Source of the DNA: Macrostomum hystrix
Lineage: Eukaryota > Animalia > Platyhelminthes
Assembly (NCBI GenBank): GCA_950097015.1
Contig: CATNEN010000001.1
Location: 12,090,001 to 12,154,000, forward strand
Length of the DNA: 64,000 nt
Direction: 5' to 3'
A program made the translations under genes and the position numbers. Shown one piece after another: positions 39,431 through 51,131 of this stretch. The notes below the pieces were generated by a model. That model did not search any database and was not told the origin of the DNA. It saw nothing but the letters and a program-made list of their open reading frames with translations. Within the stretch, counting starts at the first letter, position 1; the number at the start of each line of letters is the position of its first letter.

Positions 39431-41291
39431 ATGCGTCAGATTCGTGAGTTCCTTTCTAAAACTGAAGCTTTTTACGAGCCTCGTAATTTGCACTGTCTTT
39501 CTTTACCTTAAATCACCTGGAATGTCAAACAGCATGTTCGCATTCCAATTTCAGTCCTGCTTCTGCTGACTGTGGCCGTGGCTCAGGCCTCGGTCTCGGT
39601 GACCCGAACCAGCAGCACTGAGATGCACCCGTCGGCAATGGAGCTCGAGGTCCAGCTGCCAGACTCAAACAAGAAGATCCGCATCCCGCTGACAAAGATC
39701 GACGACTTTGAGAACATTCCAGTGACTGTGGCCGAGAACGGAGTCTCGAGGACCTTCTCGTCTCACCAGATTCACCACGCGAGTCACGCTCACTACAGAG
39801 ACGTCGAGACCAAGTCCGTGATCAGCGTCCGTCACGTAAACGGCCAGAGGCGCATCAGTGGTCACGTGATGCACGAGGGAACCTCGTACTTCCTCGAGCC
39901 TCTCGGAGAGTCCGCCCACAGCGTCACCAAGAAGTTCCAGGACTTAGAAGCGATGGCCAAGAAGCTCAGCATCGACAGGGAGATCGAGACTCGGAGGAAG
40001 AGACAGACGAATGACGACTGGACAACTTATAAAATAGAACTCTACCTTCTTTTGGACAGCAGAGTGTGGGATGAATTCAAGCAGGTCTACAGCACCGACT
40101 CGGCTGCCCTGACAGAGCTGCACTTTTACTACACCCACATCCTGAACGGAATCGACACTGCCTATAGGAACATCGGCACACCGTCCATCAGCGTGCGGTG
40201 TATCGGCATGACCATCTCGAAGACCCTTGTAGACGACACATGGATGGCGGGTGAAGGTGTGATTTGTCATGCAATTAGTAATTTCGGTGTCATTATTTAC
40301 TTGGGAAAGAAAATTATCTTACTTGAGTTCGCTGATTGCATTAAATATATATTTTCAGACACTGAGGGCAGCAATATCTTGACTGCTATGACCAGGTACA
40401 TCGTTGGCAAGACTGCCGATCACTTCATGGCCTTCACTCGCATGGACATAAGTGGCAGCGGGAGCTTCTCAGTTTGCGGCATGGCCTACGTTGGCGGTGT
40501 CTGCAAGAGCACAAAAGTCAGCATCAACGAGGACCAGGGGCTGCACAGCTGGGGCACCGCCGCTCACGAGCTGGCTCACAACCTGGGCTCTCGTCACGAT
40601 GGCAGCAACAACCTATGCAGCTCGACAAGCAAGTACCTGATGTCTCCAGTTGGTGGAATCTACAGTCTGGCAGACGTGGCCAACTCCTACCGTTTCTCTT
40701 CCTGCTCCGTGTCCTACATATCTCAGAACCTGAACACTCTTGGTAAACTGCACTTTTATATCGGGGGGTTTTAAAGATGTGGAAAATAATTGAAGCCAAA
40801 TTTATAAATGACGCATTCTAGGTTCTTCAAACTGCATGACAAGCGACCAGGGTAGTCGCCTCATGGACCTGACAACCAGAATTAAAGCGGGCATCCGCAT
40901 GACGCTGGACCAGGTCTGCAAACTCGCAATGCCCAACAGCCCCGGAAAGCTATTCGTCAGCTCTGAATTTTACTCCAATCCAGCTCTGATATGTGCGAAG
41001 ATCCTCTGCACCGTTTCCGCAGGCTCAGGCACCACCTCCAGCGGACTGCGCGCTCCTGTTGGCACGCCGTGCGGCAGCCAGAAGAGCTGCGACTGGAACG
41101 GTCAGTGCACAGCTGACTCTCAGGTGCCAGTGATTGACATGTCCTGCTTCTTTGGTGACAAGGCTTCGGCAGAGCAGTGCCAGAGCTTTTACGAGACCAT
41201 TGCCGCCGCGCCAACTGCGTCCATCAGGCAGAACTACTGTGGCCAGGTTTTTTCTGCGTGTTGCAAGACCCTGGCACCGCTGTGTTCCTGA
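39431..41291 (+). CDS. Secreted M12B/ADAMTS-like metalloprotease, type D (~520 aa)
   Basis: Exons 39431-39443 (ATGCGTCAGATTC|GTGAGT), 39555-40250 (or 40256), 40359-40742 and 40822-41291. Signal peptide MRQILLLLLTVAVAQA, RRKR, HELAHNLGSRHD, YLMSP. Confidence 0.88.
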
Positions 41292-41514
41292 GCCGCATAA
41301 GCAATGGACTTAAGCTTTGGAGTAGTCTTTTGAGATCTGGTCAGATTATATAAAGCGAATAAAACTGGTGGATCTTCTTCCCGTCTTCCTGGAATTGGTT
41401 TTCATATTCAATACATATAGCGTTCGTTTTTGCTTTTTTATTTGGATCAAAGGAAACGGAGCTCACAAGCGTACTCAACTACCTCTATTAAGCCCACTTT
41501 TGTATTGGCTTTTG

Positions 41515-41765
41515 CTAGGGGGTTGTAGCCTAATGATTGAGGCATCTGACAAGGATTTGATTCCCGACTTTATTGAAAAAGTTTGTCCTTCAGCAAGACA
41601 CAACTCTAAATGGCTTCATTTTATCGAGTTATTAAATGCAGGTACTATAGCTTTAGCTTGGAGGTAAATAATTGTGGTAGTGGTGTCCCCCCAGTCCATG
41701 GACTGAACAGCTGTTTGCAGCCTTCAGATGCGCTGCGCATTAGCTGCGGCTGTGCTGTCTGCTGC
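41515..41765 (+). mobile_element. tRNA-derived SINE family 2
   Basis: GGGGGTTGTAGCCTA..TTGATTCCCGAC..CAGCAAGACAC..GTCCCCCCAGTCCATGGACTGAACAGCTG..GCAGCCTTCAGATGCG. Homologous to 52708-52985. Confidence 0.7.
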
Positions 41766-42596
41766 TCAATATCAGTGAGATCGAATTCGAAAATTTTATA
41801 AATTAATCCTCTACTAAGAAAAGTAATGGAAAATAAACTGTGTTTTACAATTGAGCCAATAAAATTAGTAAGAGAATGCATTTATTTCTTAATGGCTAAT
41901 AATTCATGTGGGTTTTATCTGAGCAATCAAAAAGTTTCCTTAACGTTAACAGCAACTATTGACAGAAGTCGAATGATTGTAGAAAAAAATATGAAAATAG
42001 ACTTAAACGGAGGGCTATCAAATGTCTAAAGTTTATTTCTGAACATCGTTTGTTGCCTTGGCTAGAAATACATTCTGCACCACATAAGGCCCAACTAGGG
42101 CAGATGTAATCAATTATTACATAAGATATTTTTTCAAAGTTTTAGCGAAATCCGTAAAGATTGCAAGCACCTGGTCAGCAATTTCTTATGAAGAATGAAG
42201 TCTTCATTCAGATAAGGGGCTGAACTTACCAATCTTGTTACTTGTAAAGAATTTTTATCAACTTCGACCGATGCCCGTCAAAATGACACAAAAAATTCAA
42301 AAGCGTGACACCTCCTGTATATTTACGAAATTAGACCATTCATCTCTAAACTTTATTGCCAATTAAATAGAACGTCTAAGCAGTAAAATCCAAACGGTAA
42401 ATAACCACTGAAATTTTCTCAGTTTCAAAATCAATTTCCGGAGTCCACCGTGTTTCAAAAGCAGTTCAGACATGATCGCAAACAAAAAGGCATTCGAACA
42501 CCGGAAAGATTTTGCATATAAAAGTGTCTGCGCACTAGTGCTCAAAGCAGACACTCAACGAAGAATCTTCGAGCTCTTAGGAAGCAACTCATCAAA

Positions 42597-44447
42597 ATGA
42601 AGTATCTGGGTAAGTCAGCAGTCGCACTTTTGCAAGACTCTAATGAATCATTTTATCGCATTGACAGCCTTGAACAAGTACCCTGAAACTGTCCACAGCA
42701 GCAGTGCTCCTGCTTAGCGTCTTAGCGGTGGCCAACGCGTCTGTCTTGGTCAGCCGAACCAGCAATGACGGCCGTCATCCGTCATCGATGGAGATCGAAG
42801 TGAAGCTGCCGAATGAAAAGACGGTGCGCATTCCCCTGACGAGGACGGACGACTTTGAGAACATTACCATGACGGTGCTGGACAACGGACTGTCGACTAC
42901 GTTCTCGTCGAGTCAGGTGCACGACGATAGCCACGCTCACTACAGAGACATTGCTTCCAAGTCAGTGATCAGCGTTCGCGAGGCGGACGGCAAGCGGCGG
43001 ATCAGTGGTCACGTGATGCACGAGGGCACCTCGTACTTTCTGGAGCCGATCGGAGACTCTGAGCACCGTGTCACCATGAACACTGCCAACCCGGAGCTCA
43101 TGGCCAAGCAGATTGACATCGGACAGCCGGAAATTCAGAGCCGCAAGAAGCGACAGTCGAACAGGTCTCCGACTACGTTCGTTGTCGAGCTCCACCTGCT
43201 GATTGACGACACCGTGTGGTCGCAGATGCGCTCGATCTTCGGAGACGCCAAGGCGCTCACAGAGTTGCACTACTACTACACCCACATCCTGAACGGAATC
43301 GACACTTCCTACAGGAACATGGGCTCACCTTCCATCAGCGTGAAGTGCATCGGCATCACGATCGCAAAGAGCTCCTTCGACAGCCGTTGGATGCCTGCTT
43401 GTGAGTTTTCATGACGTCATCATATTCCTATTCATCATATTCCTCATCAAAACAGAAAGTAAGTAAACCTGCCGTGTTCAACAAATTCACGCCTTCACGC
43501 CTCACGCATTTGTTCAGCCCTCGATGGAGGCGCTATCCTGTCGTCCCTGGCTTCCTACATCTCGGGCAAGACCGGCGACCACTTCATGGCCTTCACTCGG
43601 AAGGACATCACCGGCGACGGAAGCTCTTCGGTGTGCGGCATGGCCTACGTGAGCGGAGCCTGCACTGCTCGTCGCGTCAGCATCAACGAGGACCAGGGTC
43701 TGCACAGCTGGGGCACCGCCGCCCACGAGCTGGGCCACAATCTGGGCTCGCCCCACGACGGCTCTGGCAACAGCTGCAACCCCGGCTCCAAGAACCTTAT
43801 GTCGCCGTCCACCCAGATCTATAGCCTTGCGGATGTGCACAACTCCTACCGATTCTCGTACTGCACAGTCAACAGCATCAACAACTACATCAACAGTTTG
43901 GGTGAGTTTAGTTATATGAGTGCAATCTTGTCTCCTTATCTCCAATCTTATTTCCCTTTCGATTTTCATTGCCTCAGGCTCCTCGAACTGCCTGAAGAGC
44001 ACGGACGGTAGTCAGGTTCCGCAGCTGGCCGAGGACGTTCTCGAGGGCACCCGCCTCTCGCTCGACCAGGTGTGCAAGCTCAGCTTCCCCAACAGCATGG
44101 GCAAGTTCATGGTGAGCAACAACGTGGTCAACAACCCGTCGGAGATCTGCGCCTCCATCTACTGCCAGACGACACCGTCGAGCGGCAACACTGGCGGCGG
44201 TCTTCGCGCTCCAGTCGGAACACCGTGCGGCAGCCAGAAGAGCTGCAACTGGAACGGACAGTGCACGGCAGACCCTCGGGTGCCAGTGATCAACATGGCC
44301 TGCTTCTTTGGCGACGCTGCTCCGGCTGAGCAGTGCCAGAGCTTCTACCAGACCATCTCCGCTGCGCCGAACTCAGCCACCAGGAGCTACTACTGCAATC
44401 AGGTGAAGTCGATCTGCTGCAAGACCCTGGCCAGCGTCTGCGCCTGA
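42597..44447 (+). CDS. Secreted M12B/ADAMTS-like metalloprotease, type B copy 2
   Basis: Exons 42597-42609, 42705-43400, 43518-43901 and 43978-44447. Near-identical to copy 1 (inverted). TATAAAA at 42517-42523. Confidence 0.9.
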
Positions 44448-44753
44448 GCAGTTTCGGCCGCGCTGCGTAGATCAGCAATGGACTGACATGTCTGTGACCA
44501 ACTGCTGATTGAAATATATTGACAAAATGTTCACCTGAGAACTGATTTTCGGGTATATGACTGTACGATAAGTTCGGAGTTTTCTTTTTTATTGAAAGAT
44601 CTTGCAAGTGCCATATCTTTAGCTGGTAAGGTTACTCAGACTACCGGACTGTTTAAATGATAAACAGATACTCCCAGGCTGGAAATCGATCGGGATTGAC
44701 TATACGACTTGTACTCTTGTTGTCAATCTCTGAAATACTCAAACTAATATTTG

Positions 44754-47700
44754 TGTTGTATCGTGACTTGACTTGAAGTGCGCAGTGTGGGGCTGCACCC
44801 CAATTGTTATTGGTGCTGAGTTTAGGACTGCTTGCTCTCTCCCCGCCTGCTCTGTCTGTCAATGTACGCTTATGCCTAACCGTCTAATCCATTAGCTGAT
44901 GCTTTACTCGTATCTGCATGTACATCTATGTGCAATGCCAACTATAATAAATAACAACCTCTCGCCCATTTGCGGCTCAAGTTTGGCTAGCCAGCCACGA
45001 CACGACAATGGCATCGCAAGCAGCCAGTGAATTACCTCTCAATGACCCAGCCATGGCTGAGGCCTGGCTGCAAAGTTTTGAAGCACTGTGCAGGCACAAA
45101 AAACTGCAAGATACAAACGAAGAGAAGCAGGTGACAGACCTCTTCCTTGCTCGAGCAGGAATCAATGCAGTCCGATCCGTCTCTATCATGGCAAAGCCGA
45201 AAAACATTGAGGACATGACCTTCAAGGACATCAAGAAAATGATCATCGGGCGACTCCAGCCCAAAAAGAAACTGGTGATTGCAGAGCGCACAAGGTTCAT
45301 GTCCCAGCGGCAGCTGTCAACAGAGTCGGCCCAGCAGTTCGCGGAGCGCTTGAGAGACGCGGCAAAGCACTGTGAGTTTGACAAGCTCAACGAACAAGGC
45401 TGCAAACAGTCAGCCGAGGATGACTTGATCCAAACACTGCTAATCAGCGGCTTGTGCGACCGCAGCCAGCGGACCAAAACACTTGAGCACATTCAGAGCT
45501 CTGAGAATCCAGTGACTCTGGACACGTGTCTGCAGTACATCCAGCAGTTAGAGCTCATCCAGAGCTACAGCTCAAGCGACCGATCTGCTGAAGCCCGAGA
45601 GCCTAGCAGAAGCTCCGAGATGGCTGAGAGTTCGACACCAGTTGCCAGCATCGACAGGAACCGCAATAGCGGTGCTCAGTGCAGGTCGTGTGGTCTGCAA
45701 CACCAGCCAGGCAAATGCCCTGCATTCGGGAAGACTTGTAACAAATGCCACCGCAGGAACCACTTCGCTGCAGTCTGCAGGAGCAGCGCCAAGTCCAAGT
45801 CGGTTGCACCTGCCCATGAAATCGACACGAGCGAGTGTGAGCAGGCAGGCATCTACACCATCGTCGGCAACGAGAGCGGCAGCGGCAGCATAAAAACTGT
45901 GCTCATTGAAGGCAAGCCGTTCAAAATGCAGCTCGACTCTGGATCCGGTGCGAGCATCATTCCGATAAACTTCTGGAGGAGCCTCGGTGAGCCCAAGCTA
46001 CGAAAGTCCAAGCTGAGACTGCGACAATTTGACGGAACGGTCATCAGAACTAGAGGATGCTTCACGGCGCTCATCGAAGTCGGGAGACAAATCGCCTGTG
46101 CGGACGTGACGGTCACTGAATGCACAAAGGAGCACGGCCTCATCGGAACAGACGTGCTGGACTTCAAGCTGGACACAGCGACTGTCAATCAAGTGGAGCG
46201 CAGCAGCGAACCGCTAGGCAAGCTCAAAGGTTTCCGTGCTCGGGTCCTGCTCAGGGAGAACGCTCAGCCCAGCTTCTTCGATGCCCGGCCGCTCCCGATT
46301 CATCTCAAGCCGCTGGTGGTGGCTAAGCTGCGGACGATGATCGACGCCGGGATCCTCGAGCCTGTGCCGCCAGGCGGCAGCAGTTGGGCATCGCCCATTG
46401 TGGTGGTGCGCAAGGCCGACGGAGACCTGAGAATCTGCTCCGACTACAAGGTCGGGGTGAACCCGAAGATCTGCTCTGACGCCTACCCACTGCCCAACAT
46501 CGAGCAAGCCTTCAGTGCCCTGGCAGGTATGAAGCACTTCGCAATTGTAGACTTAACAAATGCCTACAACCAGATTGAGCTAGACGAGGCCTCCAGAGAA
46601 ATACTCACCATCAACACGCCCCTAGGCCTGCTCAGATGGACGCGCATGCCATTCGGGGTGAAGACGGCCAGTGCGCAGTTCCAGGCTGCCATGGAGGCAA
46701 CGGTCGGCGGTGCGGTCAGCAACCTGGTGATCTACCAAGACGACATGTGCGTTGGCGCCACCACAGCGGACGAATTGGACAGCAAAGTCCGGGACCTGCT
46801 GAGAGCGCTTTCTGATGCCGGCATGTCGATCAACGAAAAAAAATGCGTTTTCCGCAGCACGGAAATCAGTTTCCTTGGCTACCGCATCGCGGCTGACGGC
46901 GTGCGCCCTGATCGGAAGCTGGTGGAGAAAATCCTCGGCGTGAGCACCCCGGCGAGCAAAAAGGAACTCGAATCGTTTCTAGGAATGACGGTGTACTACT
47001 CGCGCTACATCAAGTCCTACTCGGAGAAGACCGAGCCGCTGACCGAGCTGCGGAGCAAGAAAGTCGCGTTCCATTGGGGACCTCGGCAGCAGAAAGCGTT
47101 TGACGAGCTCAAGCAGGCGCTTGCAGCTTCCCCAGTGGTCCGAATCTTCGATGCAAGAAAGCGCACAACTCTGACTACTGACGCCAGCGAGAAGGCCATA
47201 GCAGCAATCCTCTCTCAGGACGAGCACCCAGTGATGTACCTGTCAAGACGGCTGACACCGGCTGAGAGAAATTACTCGAATATCGAGCGAGAGGCCCTGG
47301 CTGTGGTGTGGGCCACTCAGAGAGCCAGACACTTTCTTCTCGGCAGCAAGTTTGTGCTCCAGTGCGATCATCAACCATTGGAGTTCATTTTTAGTCCGTC
47401 TCGGGAGCTTCCAAAGGTCACATCGGCTAGAATCATGCGCTGGGCGTTGCAGCTGTCGGCCTTCGACTACGAAATCTCGTACATCAAGGGCAGCTGCATC
47501 CCGCATGTCGACGCGCTGTCTCGAATTGAATTCAAGGAGGAAGGCGATGGAGACGACTGCCAGGAAAGTTTCGTTCACTGGACAGAGACGGAGGTGCTCA
47601 AGCTGGAGCAGATCAGAGACGCCACTGACAATGACCCGGTGCTCGCCAGCGTCAAGCGCAGGATCCGCAGCAATGCGTGGAACAACTGCTCGGCAGCGGA

Positions 47701-49118
47701 GCGACCGTATAAAGCCGTCCGCCAGCAGCTCTCAGTGGAGAATGGCGTCGTCTGCCTGAGAGACCTGGTGGTCCCGCCTAGCCGGCTGCGGCAAGACGTG
47801 CTGCGAGCGGCTCACGGCGACTCGCACGGCGGTGCCCTAGCGACAAGAAATCGACTCAAGCTGGAAGCCTGGTGGCCGGGTCACTGCGAGGACGTCGAAA
47901 ACTTCGTCAAGCAATGCCAGCGATGCGCGGAGATCCGTCCAATGCCTGCCAGAACGTGCCACACCTGGCCGGCGGAAAATGGTCCCTGGAGACGCGTGCA
48001 CATGGACCATGCTCACGTTCCCGGCTTCGGCCTGCTGCTCATTGTGGTGGACGCCTTCTCCGGCTGGCCGGAAGCGGTGCCTGTTGCCGACAAGAGCGCG
48101 ACGACGGTCATCAAGGTACTCCGCTTGATTTTTTCCCGCCTGGGTGTGCCTCATACATTGGTGGCGGACAATGCTCCGGAGTTCCGTGACCAGCAGCTGC
48201 ACGAGTGGCTCAAGAAGATCGGCTGCTCGCCGATGCACTCGCCGCCGTATCATCCGCAGTCAAATGGGTGCGCCGAGCGCATGGTCCAGACCGTCAAGAA
48301 GGGGCTGCGGGCCTTCGCCGTGCACCAGGGCAGGTTCGACGCGTACCTCGCCAAGCTGCTGCTTAACTACCGGGCCACTCCGCGGGGCGACGGGCGTGGC
48401 AGTCCGTCTGCGCTTATGGGGCGACAGCTGCGAAGTCCGCTGACCCTCCAATTCGATACCGATGCGCCGCTCGTCTACCAGTCGCGACCGGGGGTGCCGG
48501 CTGAGACCGTCCGCTTTGTGGTACAGGCCGGCCACAACACGGCCGTGGTCACCCGGGACAAGGACGACAGGCCTGTGCTGGCACACCGGGATCAGCTGCG
48601 CTTGTGTCCGAGTCCAAGCCGGGCGGAAGTTACGGACAACACTGACGACGGCGGCCGGGACCCTGACGATGCCGGCCGGAGCCATGACGACGGCGACCGG
48701 AACCCTGACGAAGGCGGCCGGAACCCGGGACCTGATAGCCAGCGGCCAGACGCAGCGGCACCACCGCAGCAGACCGCTGAAGCTACACCGGAGCCCCGAC
48801 GAAGCTGCAGGTCGACCAAGGGAGTCGCCCCAGACCGACTGTCTCCTCGTTGGTGATGAGGGGATGTTGTATCGTGACTTGACTTGAAGTGCGCAGTGTG
48901 GGGCTGCACCCCAATTGTTATTGGTGCTGAGTTTAGGACTGCTTGCTCTCTCCCCGCCTGCTCTGTCTGTCAATGTACGCTTATGCCTAACCGTCTAATC
49001 CATTAGCTGATGCTTTACTCGTATCTGCATGTACATCTATGTGCAATGCCAACTATAATAAATAACAACCTCTCGCCCATTTGCGGCTCAAGTTTGGCTA
49101 GCCAGCCACGACACGACA
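44754..49118 (+). mobile_element. Intact Ty3/Gypsy LTR retrotransposon (Mag-like)
   Basis: 254-bp LTRs at 44754-45007 and 48865-49118 (TG..CA, identical by eye). TSD ATTTG at 44749-44753 and 49119-49123. PBS starting TGGCATCGCAAGCAG at 45009. Purine tract TGAGGGGA before the 3' LTR. Confidence 0.97.
45008..48856 (+). CDS. Gag-Pol polyprotein (Gag with two zinc knuckles, PR, RT, RH, IN), 1282 aa
   Basis: CRSCGLQHQPGKC and CNKCHRRNHFAAVC knuckles, LDSGSG protease, YQDD RT, TDASE/NYSNIERE RNase H, HHCC plus MDHA/ADNAPEF/NGCAER integrase. Gypsy domain order, no env. Confidence 0.96.
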   Translation: MASQAASELPLNDPAMAEAWLQSFEALCRHKKLQDTNEEKQVTDLFLARAGINAVRSVSIMAKPKNIEDMTFKDIKKMIIGRLQPKKKLVIAERTRFMSQRQLSTESAQQFAERLRDAAKHCEFDKLNEQGCKQSAEDDLIQTLLISGLCDRSQRTKTLEHIQSSENPVTLDTCLQYIQQLELIQSYSSSDRSAEAREPSRSSEMAESSTPVASIDRNRNSGAQCRSCGLQHQPGKCPAFGKTCNKCHRRNHFAAVCRSSAKSKSVAPAHEIDTSECEQAGIYTIVGNESGSGSIKTVLIEGKPFKMQLDSGSGASIIPINFWRSLGEPKLRKSKLRLRQFDGTVIRTRGCFTALIEVGRQIACADVTVTECTKEHGLIGTDVLDFKLDTATVNQVERSSEPLGKLKGFRARVLLRENAQPSFFDARPLPIHLKPLVVAKLRTMIDAGILEPVPPGGSSWASPIVVVRKADGDLRICSDYKVGVNPKICSDAYPLPNIEQAFSALAGMKHFAIVDLTNAYNQIELDEASREILTINTPLGLLRWTRMPFGVKTASAQFQAAMEATVGGAVSNLVIYQDDMCVGATTADELDSKVRDLLRALSDAGMSINEKKCVFRSTEISFLGYRIAADGVRPDRKLVEKILGVSTPASKKELESFLGMTVYYSRYIKSYSEKTEPLTELRSKKVAFHWGPRQQKAFDELKQALAASPVVRIFDARKRTTLTTDASEKAIAAILSQDEHPVMYLSRRLTPAERNYSNIEREALAVVWATQRARHFLLGSKFVLQCDHQPLEFIFSPSRELPKVTSARIMRWALQLSAFDYEISYIKGSCIPHVDALSRIEFKEEGDGDDCQESFVHWTETEVLKLEQIRDATDNDPVLASVKRRIRSNAWNNCSAAERPYKAVRQQLSVENGVVCLRDLVVPPSRLRQDVLRAAHGDSHGGALATRNRLKLEAWWPGHCEDVENFVKQCQRCAEIRPMPARTCHTWPAENGPWRRVHMDHAHVPGFGLLLIVVDAFSGWPEAVPVADKSATTVIKVLRLIFSRLGVPHTLVADNAPEFRDQQLHEWLKKIGCSPMHSPPYHPQSNGCAERMVQTVKKGLRAFAVHQGRFDAYLAKLLLNYRATPRGDGRGSPSALMGRQLRSPLTLQFDTDAPLVYQSRPGVPAETVRFVVQAGHNTAVVTRDKDDRPVLAHRDQLRLCPSPSRAEVTDNTDDGGRDPDDAGRSHDDGDRNPDEGGRNPGPDSQRPDAAAPPQQTAEATPEPRRSCRSTKGVAPDRLSPRW

Positions 49119-49289
49119 ATTTGATTTTTAGGTCCTTAGTCTCGTCCGACAATCTCAATTTGAGGCTACAAATTACAGCAAAGATTAGTCGGTAGAATTT
49201 CAAGTACGCCTTTAAAGTCAAATGTTTAATTTGTGAATCGTTTTGAACAATTACTTTGTATTGGACGATAGGTCAATGAGGCGACTGTC

Positions 49290-50105
49290 TCAGGCCCAAG
49301 AGAGTGCGTTCGCTGGGCACCTGTGAAGAAAAACGATCTATCAACGATTGGAACAACGATTCTGGTGGCCGACAATGACCAAGGACGTGAAGTACTTCGT
49401 AGCAACGTGCGACAAGTGTCAGAAGACGGCTCGAATCCCGAGCAGCCACCGGGTGAAGCTTGTGCAAGTGCCTGGAGTGGGAGGAGGCCTTTACCAAAGT
49501 TATCATCGACCTCAGCGGGCAGTATTCAAGGATGGCGAGCGGTCACTAGTACATCCTGTCGGTTATCGATGCGGTTACTCGGTTTCCAGAAGGATTCCCA
49601 CTGCGCAAGATCGATGCGGAGTCTGTGGCCAAAGCATTGATGGACTGCTTTGTAAGGACCGGCTTCCCTTAGGAGATCCAGAGCGACAGGGACACCAACT
49701 CGGCACTGCTGCAGGCCCTGTACCGGTGCACCGGAGTTGAAGGCATCCAGTCGACACCGTACCACCCGCAAAGCCAAGTGCTGGTGAAGAGGTTTCCACG
49801 GCACACTCAAGACTATGTTGAGGCGGCTGCCAGCTCGCGAGAAAAAGAAGTGGGACCCATACCTGCCTTATTTACTTTTTGCTCCCCTTTCGAACTGTTG
49901 TATGGACGGACCGTACGAGGACCGCTAGACTTGCTGCGACAGACCTGGGACGAGCAACCCTCCAAAGTGAAGAAAGACATCATCTCCATCGTGCTGGCCC
50001 AGAGAGATCGGCTGCGTGCCGGTCAGGCAGCAGCACGGAGCAACGAAGACGTAGCTCGGAAGTGCCAAAAGCTCTGGTACGACTGGAAGTCGCGGGAACG
50101 AGAAC
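49290..50105 (+). mobile_element. Degenerate Gypsy integrase fragment (a different, older element)
   Basis: Frameshifted pieces: QRFWWPTMTKDVKYFVATCDKCQK, EIQSD, STPYHPQSQ, SPFELLYGRTVRGPLDLLRQTW, QKLWYDWKSRER. Confidence 0.8.
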
Positions 50106-50325
50106 GGGAAGTTTTGCTGGTTCCTGCGATTCAATTCTGACCTGAATTTTGGTCCGGCTTCGTTCTTGTGGTGGAGGATGTGACGTTAACTTTTCTTTGT
50201 ACTCGTACCACCCCGTGGAGTCGTTGCTATAAATAGATGTGTGTAGTGCTGAGAGGCTGTACGTGTTTGGACCTCCCTGGCTCAACTTGTAACCTGTGAA
50301 TCGTGTGTCTCTCATTTTTACTGGA

Positions 50326-50703
50326 TTAAAAGAATGCAACAGTCACCTGAGTCATTCCGTTCAGAATCGTGCTCTTGGTCTCGGAGCACATCAGTCTTAG
50401 TCTATGCTTGTTTTTCTCAGAGTCCTGATTCTGTCTGGGAAACTTATCCCTAGTGCTGGACTGTAATGTGCCAGTTCGTGTATTGAAGTCATCTACTGTT
50501 AATACGGAGCCCTCTCTTGAGAAGAGCTGGATGAGATATTTACTCTCCTCCCATATATCGTCCTTGTAGTAGGTGAAATCTATCAGCGTGTTTGAGTCTA
50601 ACTGCTCCTGTTTGGCGTGGGTCTCACAGACGAAAACTATATATCTATTCCTAATATGTTCGTGTAAACTTGGTGACTCCATTTTGCATTCTCCACCGAG
50701 CAT
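50326..50703 (-). mobile_element. Degenerate LINE AP-endonuclease fragment
   Basis: IVFVCETH, VDDFNTRTG (GDFN motif), RQNQDSEKNKH and ILNG resemble the endonuclease of non-LTR elements. Confidence 0.6.
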
Positions 50704-50994
50704 CAGTACATCTATGTTCCCAACTGGTGATGATCAACTCTGACTTATTATAAGTAACCTTTTTGCAGCTGCCATGTGCTTCAGTGACTATTCGGGAGTT
50801 AAAATTTAGCGTAGAAATTGACACAGGAAGAGGCAGCTGTAGTCCTTAGAGCCAGTAAGTTAGTTGTAGTCAGTCTGTATGGACGGAGGGGTCTGATTCT
50901 GAGCGGAGAAAAGAATGAGCTTACAAATAAAGTGGCCCGGAGCACTGGCTGTCCTCAAATTGAATTTATAAAGAAAAACGTATTTCAAGGGAAA

Positions 50995-51131
50995 GCATGA
51001 GATTTCCAGTGGATAGCATGAGATTTCCAGTGGATAGCATGAGATTTCCAGTGGATAGCATGAGATTTCCAGTGGATAGCATGAGATTTCCAGTGGATAG
51101 CATGAGATTTCCAGTGGATAGCATGAGATTT
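50995..51131. repeat. 21-bp tandem repeat; degenerate relatives (AGCATGAATTATCGAGGGGAA-type) extend over 51130-51620, 52300-52700, 53000-53300 and 53800-53860
   Basis: Six exact GCATGAGATTTCCAGTGGATA units followed by decayed units. Confidence 0.88.

Noticed and set aside
45572-48973. Antisense and alternative-frame ORFs within the Gypsy element and protease exons
   Set aside because: Expected shadows of GC-rich coding sequence with no independent motifs.
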